DNA of 64,000 nucleotides, from NCBI GenBank assembly GCA_014905635.1, contig JABVCE010000021.1, forward strand, positions 434,001 to 498,000, in the 5' to 3' direction. Below are positions 13,539 to 25,481 of the stretch, piece after piece (positions within the stretch are counted from its first letter, which is position 1; the number at the start of each line of letters is the position of its first letter). Position numbers and translations under genes: made by a program. The stretch is from Scenedesmus sp. PABB004 (taxonomy: Eukaryota). Under the pieces are notes generated by a model. That model was not told the origin of the DNA. It did not search any database and saw only the letters and a list, made by a program, of their open reading frames with translations.

Positions 13539-13993
13539 TGAGCGCGAGCCGAGGGGTCGGGCCCTCTGTTCTCATGTTGTCGCGTGATCGTTCGAGTGTT
13601 CCGCGAGGCGTCTGTCTGCGTGTCGGTCTGCCCGCTGTGTGACGGCCGCACCCCCCGTGCAACCTCGGTCGCACGGCCGCTCCTGCCCGCGCCGCCCGCC
13701 GAGAAAACACACAGGGCCGAGCTGATGCCGACCGCTGGCCCCCGCTGCCGCTCTGCCTGCCGCCGCGCCCCCGCCCGACGGCCCGCGCGCGCTCGGACGG
13801 CAGCGACTCGCTGTTACCGTCCCTCCCCCACGCCGCCCGGGCGCGGCGCGGCCCTCCTAGCGAGGCGCCGGCCGCCGCCCGCCGGCGGGCCGCGGGCGGC
13901 GCGCGCGTCGGCGCGTCGGCGCGTCCGCGCGCGCCCGCCCGCCTCCTCCTCGGCCCCGCGCGCCGGTCCGGCCCGGCCCGGCCCGGCCCGGCC

Positions 13994-16179
13994 TCACTCC
14001 TGCTTGTAGCGCTTGTTCTGCTCCTGCAGAATCGTGAGGCGCACGCCCTTGCCCTTGGGCAGGCTGATGAGGGGCTGCTTGCCCTTGCCGATGACAAACA
14101 CGTTGCTGATGCGCGTCGCAAAGCGGTTGCCCGCCGCGTCCTCGATGTGCACGATGTCGTGCCCGCCGCGGTGGCGCTCCTTGTTCACGATCGTGCCGAC
14201 GCGGCCGTTGTTGTGCCCGCCCGTCACCTGGCGGTCGCGGCGGTCGCGGCGCAGACGCGGTGAGCGGTGAGCGGCGCGCGCGCGCGGGGGCACGGCCCGC
14301 CCTGCCCCTCCGCGGCCCTCTGCCGCCGCCCCGCCCCCGCCCCCGCCCCTGCCCCTCCTCCCGCCTGCCCCCGCCTGCTGCCCTCCCGCGCGCCGCGCAC
14401 CATGGCGAGGTTGCCGAGGTCAAACTTGACAAAGTCCTTGATCTTGCCGGTCTCGAGGTCCAGCATGACCGTGTCCTGCTCCTTGACCTCGGGGTCGGGG
14501 TACCGGATCGTGCGGCCGTCGTGCGTGGAGATGTAGGGGATGCCGCCCTTGCCAAACTGCATGCGGCGCACCTGATGGCGGGGACGGGGAGGGAGGGACG
14601 GGGAGGGGAGGGAGGGAGCGCGGGCGGGCGCGGGCGCGGGTTGAGGCGTGGGCGCCGGCGGGCGCGTTGCGCGAGCGGGGGAGCGCTCCCGGCGGGAGGA
14701 CGAGGGCGAGGGGCGCGCCGGCGCGGCGCGGCGCGGCGCGCGGCGGTGCGGCGCGGGAAGCGGGGGCCGCGCCGCCCGCCGCACCTTGCACAGCTTGTAG
14801 GACGCCTCCTCCTCGGTGATCTTGTGCACCACGAAGCGGCCCTTGGTGTCGTACACCAGCCTGCGCGCGGGCGCGGCGCGCTGAGCGGGGCCCCGCGCCC
14901 GACCGGCGCGCCCGCCGCCGCCCGAGCCGGCTGCCGCCGCTCCCGCTGCGCCTGCCGCCCCTGCTGCCGCCCCTGCTGCGCCGCTCGCCGCTCGCCGCCG
15001 CCGGCCGCTGCCGCGCGCTGCCCGCGCCACGCTGCAGCCCGCTGCGCCCCGCTGCCCCACCCCGCTGCGCCCCCTGCCCGCCCGCCGCCCCGCTGGCGCC
15101 CCCCCCCCTGCCCGCCCGCCGCCCCGCTGGCGCCGCGCTGCGCCGCGCCGCGCTGCTGCTGCGCGCCTGTACGCGTCGTTGGTGCGGTCGAGGGTGATGA
15201 CGTCCATGAAGCCGGCCGGGTAGGTCGCGTCGGTGCGGACCTTGCCGTCGACCTTGACCAGGCGCTGCATGAGGATCATCTTCACCTCCTTGCCCGTCAG
15301 CGCGTACCTGACGCGCGGGGAGAGCAGGGAGGGCGCGGGGAGGGCGGTGGCGCGGCGACCAGTGAGCGGCGGCGCGGCGAGCGGCGGCGCGGCGAGCGGC
15401 GGCGCGGCGAGCGGCGGCGCGGTGGTGCTGTCGCTGCCGCTGCTCGCGTCCGCCGCCGCGGCTGCTCCCGCTGCCGCTGATACCGCTGCCGCTGCTGCTA
15501 GTGCCGCTCCTCCCGCTGTCGCCGCCGGCCGCCGCCGGCTGCCGCGGCCGCCGCGGGCGAGCAGCGCCGGCGCTGCTCGCCGCGCCCGGCGGCGCTGCCG
15601 CCGGCGCCGGCCGCCGCAGCCGCAGCGGCTGCCGCGGCCTCCGGGCGTCCCGGCGTGTCCCAGCCGCCCGCCCGCGCCGCGCGCCGCGCCGCGCGCGCAC
15701 TTGAGGCGGTTGCGCAGCACCAGCAGCAGGGGCAGGCACTCGCGCTGCTTGTGCGGGCCCGGGGAGGGCTTGGGCGCCTGCGGGCGGGGCCGGGGCGGGC
15801 GGTGGGCGGCGGGGCCGCGGCTCCGGCGCTCCGCGCGCGGGCGCGGGCGCGGGAGCGGGCGCCCGGGGCAGCAGCCGGCGCCCACCCAAGCTGCTGCCCG
15901 CCGCCCCTGCCCCGCTGCGCCCCCGGGCGCCGCCCCGCTGAGCTCGGCGCGGCGGCGGCGCTGCACCCAGCCCGCGGCGCCGGGGATCGCGGGCATGCGC
16001 GCCCGCCCGGCGCGGCGCGGGCCATCATCCCCTGCCGGCCATCACCCCGCCCCCTCCCGCCCGGCGGCTGGCGGCGGCGCGGCGCGGGAGGCACTCACGA
16101 AGATGCCGCCCAGCTTGTCGAGCATCCAGTGGCTGGGGGCGTTCAGCCGCTTCATGTGCTTCTTGGGGCCGCGCACCAT
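13994..16179 (-). CDS. RPS4: 40S ribosomal protein S4 (eS4), multi-exon
   Basis: [27 protein letters not shown] / [17 protein letters not shown] / [26 protein letters not shown] / [11 protein letters not shown] / [11 protein letters not shown]...[11 protein letters not shown]. Confidence 0.97.
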
Positions 16180-16643
16180 GGTGGCGGGAGCCCGCGGGCA
16201 GCCAAAACACGCTCCTGGGGGTGCAGCGCCTCGCTGCAAAGGAGCGAGCGACGGGCGGGGCCGGCCGCAAGTGGCCGCCGAGCGGTGAGACCTAGACCGC
16301 GCTGCTCCGCTGCAGCGACGAGCGCGCCGCTCCCAGTCGTGCCAGACCGCGAACAAGGCCGCCGGCGTGGCTGCGGAGCCCGGCGCGCCACCGCTCGCGC
16401 CCGGGAGCGGCGGCGCGCGATGGCGCGCGGCCAGGCTGGCGCAGCCGCCCAGGGCGGGCCCCTGACCAGCAGTCGCACTTGCGCTGACCCGCGGCGCAGC
16501 TGGGCAAGCGGACAGGGGCAGCGGCGGCGCCGCCGCGCGCCCGGGCGAGCGCTGGCGCGCAGCGCGCGAGCGCCGGCCGCCGCACTCGCAGCACGGGGGG
16601 CGCGTTGCCGGCGCGCGGTCAGTCACCGCCACCGCTCCCCGCG

Positions 16644-17519
16644 TCACCGCCCGCCTCCCACGCCGGCCGCGAGCCGCGGCGTGCCGTCGCCGCACGCCGG
16701 CGCGCTGCGCTGCGGCTTGAGCGCGCCCGAGCCGGCGGGGCTCAGGAGCGGCGGCGCCCGCGGCAGCGCGCCGCTGCCGCCCGCGGGCCGCAGGCCGCCG
16801 GCGGCGCCGCCGGCGCCAGCGCCCTCTAGCAGCGAGGCGCGCAGCAGCTGCTGCCGCGCGAGCAGGTCGCTCGCAGCCGCGCCCCGGCCGGGGCTGCCGC
16901 CGGCGGCATGCTGATGCTGCGCCTGCAGCCAGGCCGCCGCCGCGTGCGGGTGCTGGCCCAAAAAGTAGCAGCTGCGTTGCGGTGCGCGGGGCGGGCCGGC
17001 GGCGGCGGTGAGGGGGCGCGCGCCTGCCCGGGCGCGGGCGCGCGAGGCGGGGCCCGCGGCAGTCGCGGCCGCGGCCGCCACCCCCCCCCCCTCCCACCCC
17101 CCCCCCCCCCCTGCGCGACGCACTGCTGGTGCCAGCTCTGCCGCATCCACCCCGCCGCGCCACCGCCGGCGAACAGCGGCGCCCGCGCGGGGCTGCGCAG
17201 CAGCTGCGCGCCGTCGCGCTGGCCGGTGGTCTCGAGCAGCACCTCGTTCTCAGGGATTCGGCAGACGCGCGCGACGTGCGCCGCCTCCTGCGCGCGGAGG
17301 GGCCGGCCAGTGGCGCGGCGCGCAGCGCGCGGGTCGCGCCTGGCGGCGGCGGCGCCCCCCCCCCCCCAGGCCTGGCAGCGGCTCCGCGGGCGGAGCCGGC
17401 GCCGTCCCCGCCGGGCGGCGGCTCCCTTGGCGCACCTTGCCGACGTCGCCACCTCCGGCGTCTGAGCTGCTGTTGAGCGCCGCCACCGCGGCGCGAATCT
17501 TGCTCGCCGCGAACGCCAT
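16644..17519 (-). CDS. Hypothetical protein, spliced; boundaries uncertain
   Basis: ATG at 17519 ([18 protein letters not shown]), GT donor after GK, then coding-like [21 protein letters not shown] and [15 protein letters not shown]. No family recognised. Confidence 0.4.
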
Positions 17520-17962
17520 GGCCGCCCAGGTCGTGCTGGTCGAGCTCGCGCGCTCGGTGGCGGCTCGGTGGCAGCTGCTGCGACGCGGGCGCGCGGTGGG
17601 GGGCTTCGCGCCACCGGTCGATGCTGGCCGGGCCAATGCGAGCCCGGGTGCGCCCGGCCGGGGCTGCGCGCTGGCGCGTGGTGTCTTGGTGCCACACAGG
17701 GGAGCTTCCACGACACTCGGCTGGGAAAAGCGGCGGGCCTAGCAGCGGCAAGGCCGCGAAGTTGCGAGCGAGTGCTGCCGACACGGGCGCACCCCTCGGG
17801 GAGCTGCTGTGCGATGATGATGACACTGGCGGTGCGACAGCGCTGACACGCGCTCGGCGCTCTCCGCCGTCGCCGCCGCTGCGCCGCCGCAGCGCCGCCG
17901 CCGAGCCCCGCGCCGCGACCGAGTTGACCCGGCCGCGCTGCTGAGGCGCGCAACGCGTGGTT

Positions 17963-17967
17963 TTACA
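17963..17967 (-). promoter_or_regulatory. TGTAA polyadenylation signal of the proteasome gene
   Basis: TTACA on the + strand about 115 nt past the stop; TGTAA is the known chlorophyte poly(A) signal. Confidence 0.55.
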
Positions 17968-18081
17968 TGCGAGGGCGCTCCTGCGCCCCGCCGCGCCGCC
18001 ACGCAGGCGCCGCCGCGGACTGCTGGTCGCTGCGCGCCGCACTGCGCGCGCCGCCGCCGCTCCGCTCCGCCCGCCGGCCGC

Positions 18082-18961
18082 TCACGACGCGGGCACCGGC
18101 GGCGCGGCGGGCACCGGCAGCTCGCCGTACGTGGGCGCCAGCTTGCTGCCGGGGATGAAGTCGCGCTTCACGCCGTCGGCGGTGATCGTCACGGTGCGCA
18201 CGCAGCCGCCCGACGACGCGTCGCGCGCCATCGCGTGCGTCAGCGCCTGCGCGCGCGCGGCGACGGCGGCGGCGGCGGCGGCGGCGGCGGCCGCGGCGCG
18301 GCCGTGGGTGGCGGCGGGGGCGCTGCCGGCGCGGCGCCGGCCGGCAGCTGGCGGGGCCGCCGCTGCTGCTGCCGCCCGCCGCCGCTCCGCGCCCGCGCGT
18401 CCGCGCGCCCGCGCCCCGCGCGCGCGCCGCGCGCACCGCGACGACGAACGCGCGCGCCTGCTCCTCGGTGAAGTCCTCCCGGAAGTGCTTGTCGCACCAG
18501 CCCGTGATGTAGGCGCTGCCGCTGCCGCCGATCGTGTAGGGCACCTTGAGCAGCGTGCCGCCGAGCGGGATCGCGTAGACCGACCCGCCGGCGTGCGCGT
18601 CCCAGCCCGCGACGATGAGGCCCGCCTGCAGCGCGTTCTTGTTGCCGTACGCGAGCTGCATCGCGAGGTTGGCCGCCGCCGACACGTCGACGGGGCCGCC
18701 CTTCTCCGCCTGGTGCTCGGCGACCCAGTACTGCACGTAGCCGCAGATCGCCTGCGTGTCGCTCGCCGAGCCCGAGCGGCAGAGGTACACGCGGTCGGCG
18801 AGCGGCGTGATCTTGTCCTGCACGCGGTTGGCGACGTACGAGCCGCTGCTCGTGCGCGAGTCGGCGCCGAGCACCACGCCGCCAGGGAACGCGACGGCGA
18901 TGATGGACGTCCCCAGCGCCACGTCACGCAGGTACGCCTGCGCGGGGTCGCCCTCCGCCAT
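18082..18961 (-). CDS. PBA1: 20S proteasome subunit beta-1 (beta type-6), two exons
   Basis: Propeptide followed by G|TSIIAVAFPGGVVLGADSRTSSGSYVANRVQDKIT..CRSGSASDTQA, IGGSGSAYI, AMARDASSGGCVR. Confidence 0.93.
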
Positions 18962-19620
18962 GGCGGGCGCGGCTGCGCGGCGGCGCGGGCGCGGCGGCGC
19001 CGCTGATGGCGCGGCCCGGCGCAAGAGGGAGCGGTCGGTCGCTGCTCGCCGCGGCGGCGGGTGGTCACGCGCGACGCTGTGATCGGCCGGGGACGGGCGG
19101 GCGGGACTGGCGCGGTGGGTGGGGATGAGGTGAAGAGGGGTCGCTGCTGTTGGTTCGGCCGCGTGCCAAAAACCTGTGCGCGCTTGTGTGACACGGCGAC
19201 CGCCGGAAGATCGGGCTGTGGCCCCGGCAGACGCTCCGCACCAGCGCCGCCTCTGCGGCGGCCGCCGCCACGCGCGTGCGCGCGCCGCACGCCGCGGCCC
19301 GCCCCCCGGCGCGCGCGGGCACCGCACGGGCCCCGGCGCCCGGCCTGAGCGCTCGCCGGCCGGGCAGTGCGTCCCTCCCGCCACGACGCGGGCGGCCATC
19401 AAACACCCGGCGGCGGGGGCCTCACTCCGCCACGGCCGTGACCGGCGCGCCCGCCGCCCAAAGCCCGCACCCCGCCGCCCCGCCGCCCAGTCCCGCGACC
19501 CGCGCCCGATCGCCAGCCCCCACACGAACGACCCGCGCAGGCCGCCGACACTCTCGAACGCTCAACGCTCGCAAAGCGCCAGCTCCGCGCCTGGGCCTGC
19601 AGCCGCTGTCGGCGCCAGCC

Positions 19621-22600
19621 ATGGACTCCGACTGGCTCACCGCCGGCGAGTACCTGGGCTGGAGGTGCGGGCCGGGCGCGGTCGCGACGCTGGTGTTCGC
19701 GCGCGCCCGCTCAAAAAAAAGAGTCTGCGCTGGCCAGCTGCTCCCCCACACGCGCCGGGCGGACGCCGATCGTGCCGAGCGCAGCCGGGCTGCGCCTGCG
19801 GGGGACGCGCCGCGCGGCGCCACCGTGCCACAACGGGCGCCGCCGCCGCACCCCTCGCGCAGGCTGGTGGAGCTGGGGTGCACGCACGTGTTCAATGTCC
19901 CCGGCGACTTCAGCCTTCCCATCCTGGACGCCCTCGCGCGCGTGCCGGGGCTGAAGCTGGTCAACACCGCGAACGAGCTCAACGCCGCGTACGCGGCCGA
20001 CGGCTACGCGCGCTCCACGCGCGGCCTGGGGTGCTGCTGCACCACCTTCCTGGTCGGCGCGCTCAGCGCCATCAATGGCGTCGCGGCGTCGTACGCCGAA
20101 GAGATCCCCACGCTCTCCATCGTCGGTGCGCGCGCGCGCCGCGTGGCCAGGGTGGTCGCCGGGTGGCCGCCGCGTAGCCCGCGCTGGCCGCCGCGGCCGC
20201 CCACGCGCGCGCGCGCGCGCCGCCCCCGCCGCCGCCCGCAGGCGTGCCCTCCACGCGGCAGTACGCCGGCATGGGCAGCCTGCACCACACGCTCGGCAAC
20301 GCCGAGGTGCGCGCACCCGCGCTCGAGCGCCCCGCGGCCCGCAGGGGGCGCCGCGCCGTGCCAGCCCCCGCCTGACCACGCCCTCGCCCCGCGCCGCGCT
20401 CGCAGGACATCACCCAGGAGGTCGCCTGCTACCGCCCCGTGACCTGCTACCAGACGGTGCGCGCCGCACCGCGCCGCGCGGCCGGCTGGGCCCACGCCGC
20501 GCGGCCGTCGGGCACGCAAATGCGGCACGCGCACTCGCCCCTCATTGTGCACACGTCCGCGGCGCGCGCACTCAGGTGCTGCGCACGTTCACCGACGCGC
20601 GGTACCTCATCGACAAGGCCCTCGCCAAGGCGCTCACGCACCGCAAGCCCGTGCTGCTCGAGATCTGCAGGCGCGCCGCGCCGCCGCGCGAGGCCGCCGC
20701 GCGAGGCCGCCGCGCCCCGCCGCCGCGCCCGGGCCCCGCGCCTGACACCCCTCTGCCCCCTGCCCCTCCCGCCGCGGCCGCAGGGACATTCCGCTCGTGC
20801 CGCACGCCTCGTTCGGGCGGCGCCCGCCCGCAATGACGCCGTTTGCCGTGCCCCGCGCGCTGAGCGACCCGGCCTGCCTCGACGCCGCGTGCGCGGCGAC
20901 CGCCGCGTTCTTCGCGGACAAGCGCATGCCCCTCGTCATTGCCGGCCGCCGCATCAGGCGCGCCCCCGCCCCACGCCCGCGCCGTGCCGCGCGCCGCGCA
21001 CACGGGCGCGCACGCGGCCGTGCCGCACGCCGCGCCCACGTCCGCGCCCGCGCCGCGCCGCGCCGCAGGTCGTGCCAGGAGGCGCTCGTCAAGTTTGCCG
21101 ACGCGACGGGCTGGGGCGTGGTGGTGCTGCACGACGCAAAGGGCATGTTCCCGGAGGTGCGCGCCGCGCTGCGCCGCGCGGGGCCAGCCGCGCCCAGACC
21201 GCCGCGCACGCGCGCGCGCCGCCGCCGCCGCCGCCGCCGCCCCGCTGCCCGCGCCCCGCCTCGCCCGCCTGCGCCGCCAGCTCGTGCGTCTCGCGGCACC
21301 GCGCTCACGCGGCACCGCGCTCACCCCTCGGCACCGCGCGCCTTGCAGGACCACGCGTGCTTCATGGGCACGCTCTTCCCCGGCTTCACGAGCCCCGTGA
21401 GCGTGCGGCAGTGCTACGAGGCCGCGGACGGCATCTTCTTCGTCGGTGCGCCGCGCCCGCGCCCGCGCGCGCACGCGGCGCGCAGCGCGCGGGGCCAACA
21501 GGGCCCGCCGCTGCCGCTGGCGGCGCCGCCGCTGCCGCCCCGCGCTGCCGCGCCGCGCCGCGCCGCGCCGCGCCGCGCCGCGCCGGCCCTGCCCCTGACA
21601 CGCCGGCGCGCGCCGCGCCGCGCGCAGGCACGCACTTCAACGAGCTCAACTGGGGCGCGCCGCCCGACGAGGCGCTCGAGCGGCGCGCAGTGCTCGCGTA
21701 CAAGAGCCACGTGCTCGTCGGCCACACCGACAACTTTGTCGGCGTGACCACCGAGGACGTGCTCGCCGCGCTGCCAAAGTGAGCGCGGGCGCCGCGCGCG
21801 TGGCGCGCGCCAGCCCTCGCCCCCGCCCGCCCGGCGCCCCCGTCGCGAGCGGCGCGCCCCCCGCGGCCGCCGCGCCGACCAGCACCGCCGCCGCCGCCGC
21901 CGCCGCGCAGGCACCTGTCCCTGTCGGCGCCCGCGCCCGCGCCCGCGGCGTCCGACGCCGGCACGCCGCCGCCGGTCGGCGGCATCCTTGGCCTCTTCCG
22001 GGCGCTGCCCGCGGTGGAGCCCGTCTTCCCGGCCGACCCGGCCTTCCGCGCGCCGCCGGGCGCGCCGCTGACGCTGGCCTACGTGTATGACCAGGTGCAG
22101 AAGGTGCTGCTCGGCGGCGACGCGCCGCCCGCGGCGCTCATGGTCGACACGGGTGCGTGCGCCCGCGCGCGCGCGCACACGGGGCGGCGGCGGCGTGCCG
22201 GCGGCGCGGCGCGCAGGCGGGCGCGCGCGCGCGCGACGCTCGCGGACCCGCCCGCCCGCCCGCCCGCCCGCCCGCGGCCCCGCCGCCGCGCAGGCGACAG
22301 CATGCTGCGCACGCACGCGATGAAGCTGCGCGGCGGCACGCCGTACGAGCTGCAGCTCTTTGCCGGCAACATCGGCTGGGCCACGCCCGCGGGGCTGGGC
22401 TTCTCCCTCGCCGCGCAGCGCAAGGGCCGCCGCCTCGTGGTCCTGCAGGGCGACGGCGGCCTGCAGGCGCGCGCCGCGCCCCCGCCGCGCCGCGCGCTGC
22501 GCCGCACACCCGCTGCGCCGCCGTGCGCCCGCCGCCCGCGCCGCGCCGCCGGCCGACGCCGCCGACTCCCTCCCGCGCGCAGATGACGTGCGGGGAGGTC

Positions 22601-22818
22601 GGCAACTACGCCAAGTTTGGTTCCAACGCCGTCATGATCCTGGTCAACAACAACGGTGAGCCGCGCCGCCAGGCCGGCGGCCAGGCTGGCGTGGGGTCTG
22701 GCGCCGCCCCGCGCTGGGCCAAGCAGCCCGCGAGGGCGCCGGGGCCCCTCCCCGCCTGCGGCGCGCCGCCGCGGCGCGCGCGCTGCCGCCCTTGTGCGCC
22801 CCGCGCACCCAGCCAACC

Positions 22819-22852
<34 letters not shown>

Positions 22853-23595
22853 GCGCCAGGCTACCTGATTGAGCGCGTGCTGAGCCCAATCGCCGACAGC
22901 GGGTACAACTACACCAAGGCGTGGGACTACAGCATGATGGCGCGCGCGATGCTCAACGGCGAGGGCCGCTACCAGGTCTTCACGGTGAGGCGCAGCGGCG
23001 CAGACGCGGGGGCCGCGGCGGCGGGCGCCGGCGCAGGGGCGCCAGGGCGCCTGGGCCACAGCGGAGGCGCGCGGCGGCGGCTGAGGGGCGCGGCGGCGCC
23101 GCGCCGCCGCCGCCTCGTCCAACGCGCGCCGCCGCCGCCGCCGCGGCGCAGGTGCGCACGGAGGCGGAGGCCGCCGCCGCGGTCGCGGCGGCGCGGCACG
23201 ACTGGCCGGACCACTTTGTGTTCATCGAGGTCATCGTCGACGCGCGCGACGCCGCGCCGGGCGCGGGCGCGATGCGCCAGGCCTTTTACAAGCACCACTT
23301 CAGCGAGATCGAGGGCTACCGCACGATGCGGCCGGGCAGCACGCACGGCGCCGCGAGCACGCTCACCGGCGCCGCGGGCGGCGGCGGCGGCGGCGGCTCG
23401 CCGCCGGCGGCGGCCGAGGAGGTGCGCTCGATGCCGGCGCACGCCGCGGGCAGCAGCAGCTGCCTGCCCGCGGCGGCGGCCGCGGCCGCGGGCGCGGAGC
23501 CGGCGGCGGGCGCCGGCGCCGCGGCGGCCGGCCGCAGCCGGCTGGGCCTGACGCCCGCCAAGCGGCACGCGTCGGACGACGGCGAGAGCGCGTGA
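19621..23595 (+). CDS. PDC: Pyruvate decarboxylase (ThDP-dependent), multi-exon
   Basis: HVFNVPGDF, NELNAAYAADGYAR, LSAINGVAASYAE, LHHTLG, GNIGWATPAGLG, QGDGGLQMT...LVNNNGYLIE (ThDP motif plus catalytic Asp, His-His and Glu). Confidence 0.92.
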
Positions 23596-24750
23596 GCGAC
23601 GCGCGCGCGCCCGCGCGCGCGCGTGCCGCGCGCGCCCCGATTGGCGCGCCGGCGCCGGCGCCGCAGCACGCGGCGTGTGTGTACCACTAGGCAGCGGCTG
23701 GGCTGTGTGCGACTGACTGTCTGTCGGGGCGGCCGGCCCCCCGAAATAACTGCGCGTGTGCGTGCGTCGGCTGGCCAGGGGCAGAGCGCTGCAAAGGCGC
23801 GCGTCGGGGCAGGTCAGGGGGCGCGCTGGGCGCTGGGGCCGGCGCTGGGGCGGGCGCTGGGCGCTGGGCGGACCATGGCGCCGCCGACCGCAATCACTTG
23901 TTGCGGCCGTTTGAGCATGCGCACGCGCCGCAGTGGCGCGCGCGCGGGGAGCGGGCAGGCAGCACGCGGGCGCTGTCAGCGCGGCCGCGCGGGTACCCGC
24001 GCGAGGATGGCGTTGGTTGTTTGACGCCCGCCGCGCGGCGGGCGCAAACCGTCGAGCATGACGCCAGATGCATGTTGTTGTTGTTGTTGTTGTGCGACAC
24101 GCGCGCACCGGCCTCGTCAATATATCGGTATTGATTGGCAGTTTGCGCCCGCTGCGGCGGCGCTCGTTCGGGCACGCTCTGCCATCGTCACCGCTGCGGC
24201 GGCGCGCACGCGCGCGCGCCGCAGTTGCCCACGCAGTGCCCCTCGTAGTTGCTGCCTCTCCCAAATCATGTCGAGGCGAACATCTCTCAAGACTTGCGTT
24301 GACCCGGCGAGCCCCAGTGGGGGTGGCGTACGGCCCCGCGCGACGACGCGAGCGCGTGTAACCGAGTATTCTTGCCCACTGTCCCGGTTTTCACCCAAAA
24401 GTCGTTGTTTTTGGCCTGAAAATCTTGTTGTTGTTGGTTACACGGCGGGGCCCGGTACGCTCCGGGCGGTTGAGCGTCCCACTTCGGAACGCCTGGCGGG
24501 CCTGACCAACTCCCTCCCCGCCACCGCACGTGTCAGTGCCCTCCAAGTGCGACCAACCGAGCAGCCCGCAAACGGGATCGCATGCTGGCAAGCCGGCGCA
24601 GGGCGTGTAGCGAGCATGGCGCGGCCCAGGCGCGCGCAACCGGCCCAAACACGGTCCCAACCAATCCGCCAAAAATCGACCCGCCGGCCGGGGCCAAGTT
24701 CTTGGCCAAAAATGGCCGGAAGGCCGAGCTGTTAGTTTTGACAACACGCA

Positions 24751-24759
24751 TTTATATTT
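24751..24759 (+). promoter_or_regulatory. TATA-like element upstream of the tRNA
   Basis: TTTATATTT 33-41 nt upstream of the tRNA 5' end in otherwise GC-rich DNA. Confidence 0.45.
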
Positions 24760-24791
24760 GCTCTTTTCGCCGAAAATGCCGCCTGCTGCTC

Positions 24792-24886
24792 GCCCGTTTA
24801 GCTCAGCGGATAGAGCATCGCTTTCCTATTTCCCCTCCCCGCAAGGGACAAGGCGAGGGTCGCAGGTTCGATCCCTGCAACGGGTG
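24792..24886 (+). tRNA. trnR-CCT: tRNA-Arg(CCT) with a 22-nt intron (24829-24850)
   Basis: Acceptor GCCCGTT/AACGGGT+G73; D arm GCTC-AGCGGATA-GAGC with A20; anticodon stem TCGCT/GGCGA with CCT at 24825-24827; intron at 37/38; T arm GCAGG-TTCGATC-CCTGC; TTTTT terminator just downstream. Confidence 0.92.
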
Positions 24887-25339
24887 GATACCTTTTTCTT
24901 GCCCCCCAGACCGCGCCCGGGCTTTAAGAGCCGCCAGGCGCCCCGCCGGCGCCGCCGAGCGCCGCGGGGCGCGGCAGCGAGCGGCGCGGCGCGGTTGAGG
25001 CCGCCGGGGCTCACCGCGCGACGACGCGGCTGCGCGGCGGCTGTTGGACGCTTGGTAAGGGCCAGTTGCCATCCAGTCAAGCTTCCTGGGTGCTGGATGT
25101 GTGCGTGGCACCCCAGGGTGCCTGGCGTGCGTGGGGTGTCGACCGGTGGTGACGCTGCGGTCAACGGCTGCTGCCGCCGCCATCGAGCTCATCGAGCTCA
25201 TCACCGCTGGCCAGGGCCTGCCACCAGCGCTCAGCACGCCAGCGGCGGCGCGGGCGCGGCCTGGGAGGCGCGGCCCGGGGGCTCGCGCCGCCGCTCGGTG
25301 CCGCCGCGTGCCGCCGGGCACGCGGGCAGAACCCCGCCG
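24822..25339 (+). repeat. Inverted repeat, left arm (partner 30056-30593)
   Basis: Long identical stretches against the reverse complement of 30056-30593, with scattered substitutions and small indels. Confidence 0.93.
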
Positions 25340-25481
25340 CCCAGCGCCGGCGCCCACGCGGTGCGCCCCGCTGGGCGGCCCCCATGCGCTCGGGGAGCTC
25401 TGAGCGACCACCCCCGCCGGGCCACCGCCGTGGTCGCAGCCGGGGCAGGCCGCGCCGCCGCCGGCGCCGCTGCGGGCCGGC

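Noticed and set aside
15365..15421. 15-bp repeats in an RPS4 intron, and other short repeats, as a CRISPR-like array
   Set aside because: Contiguous tandem copies without unique spacers: ordinary minisatellites.
17814..17944. Possible C/D box snoRNA (ATGATGA..CTGA)
   Set aside because: The C box is part of a GAT triplet run, and no terminal stem or recognisable guide is present.
24695..24730. Minus-strand resemblance to the U2 snRNA 5' end (CTCGGCC..TTTTGGCCAAGA)
   Set aside because: The branch-recognition sequence GTAGTA and the rest of U2 are absent.
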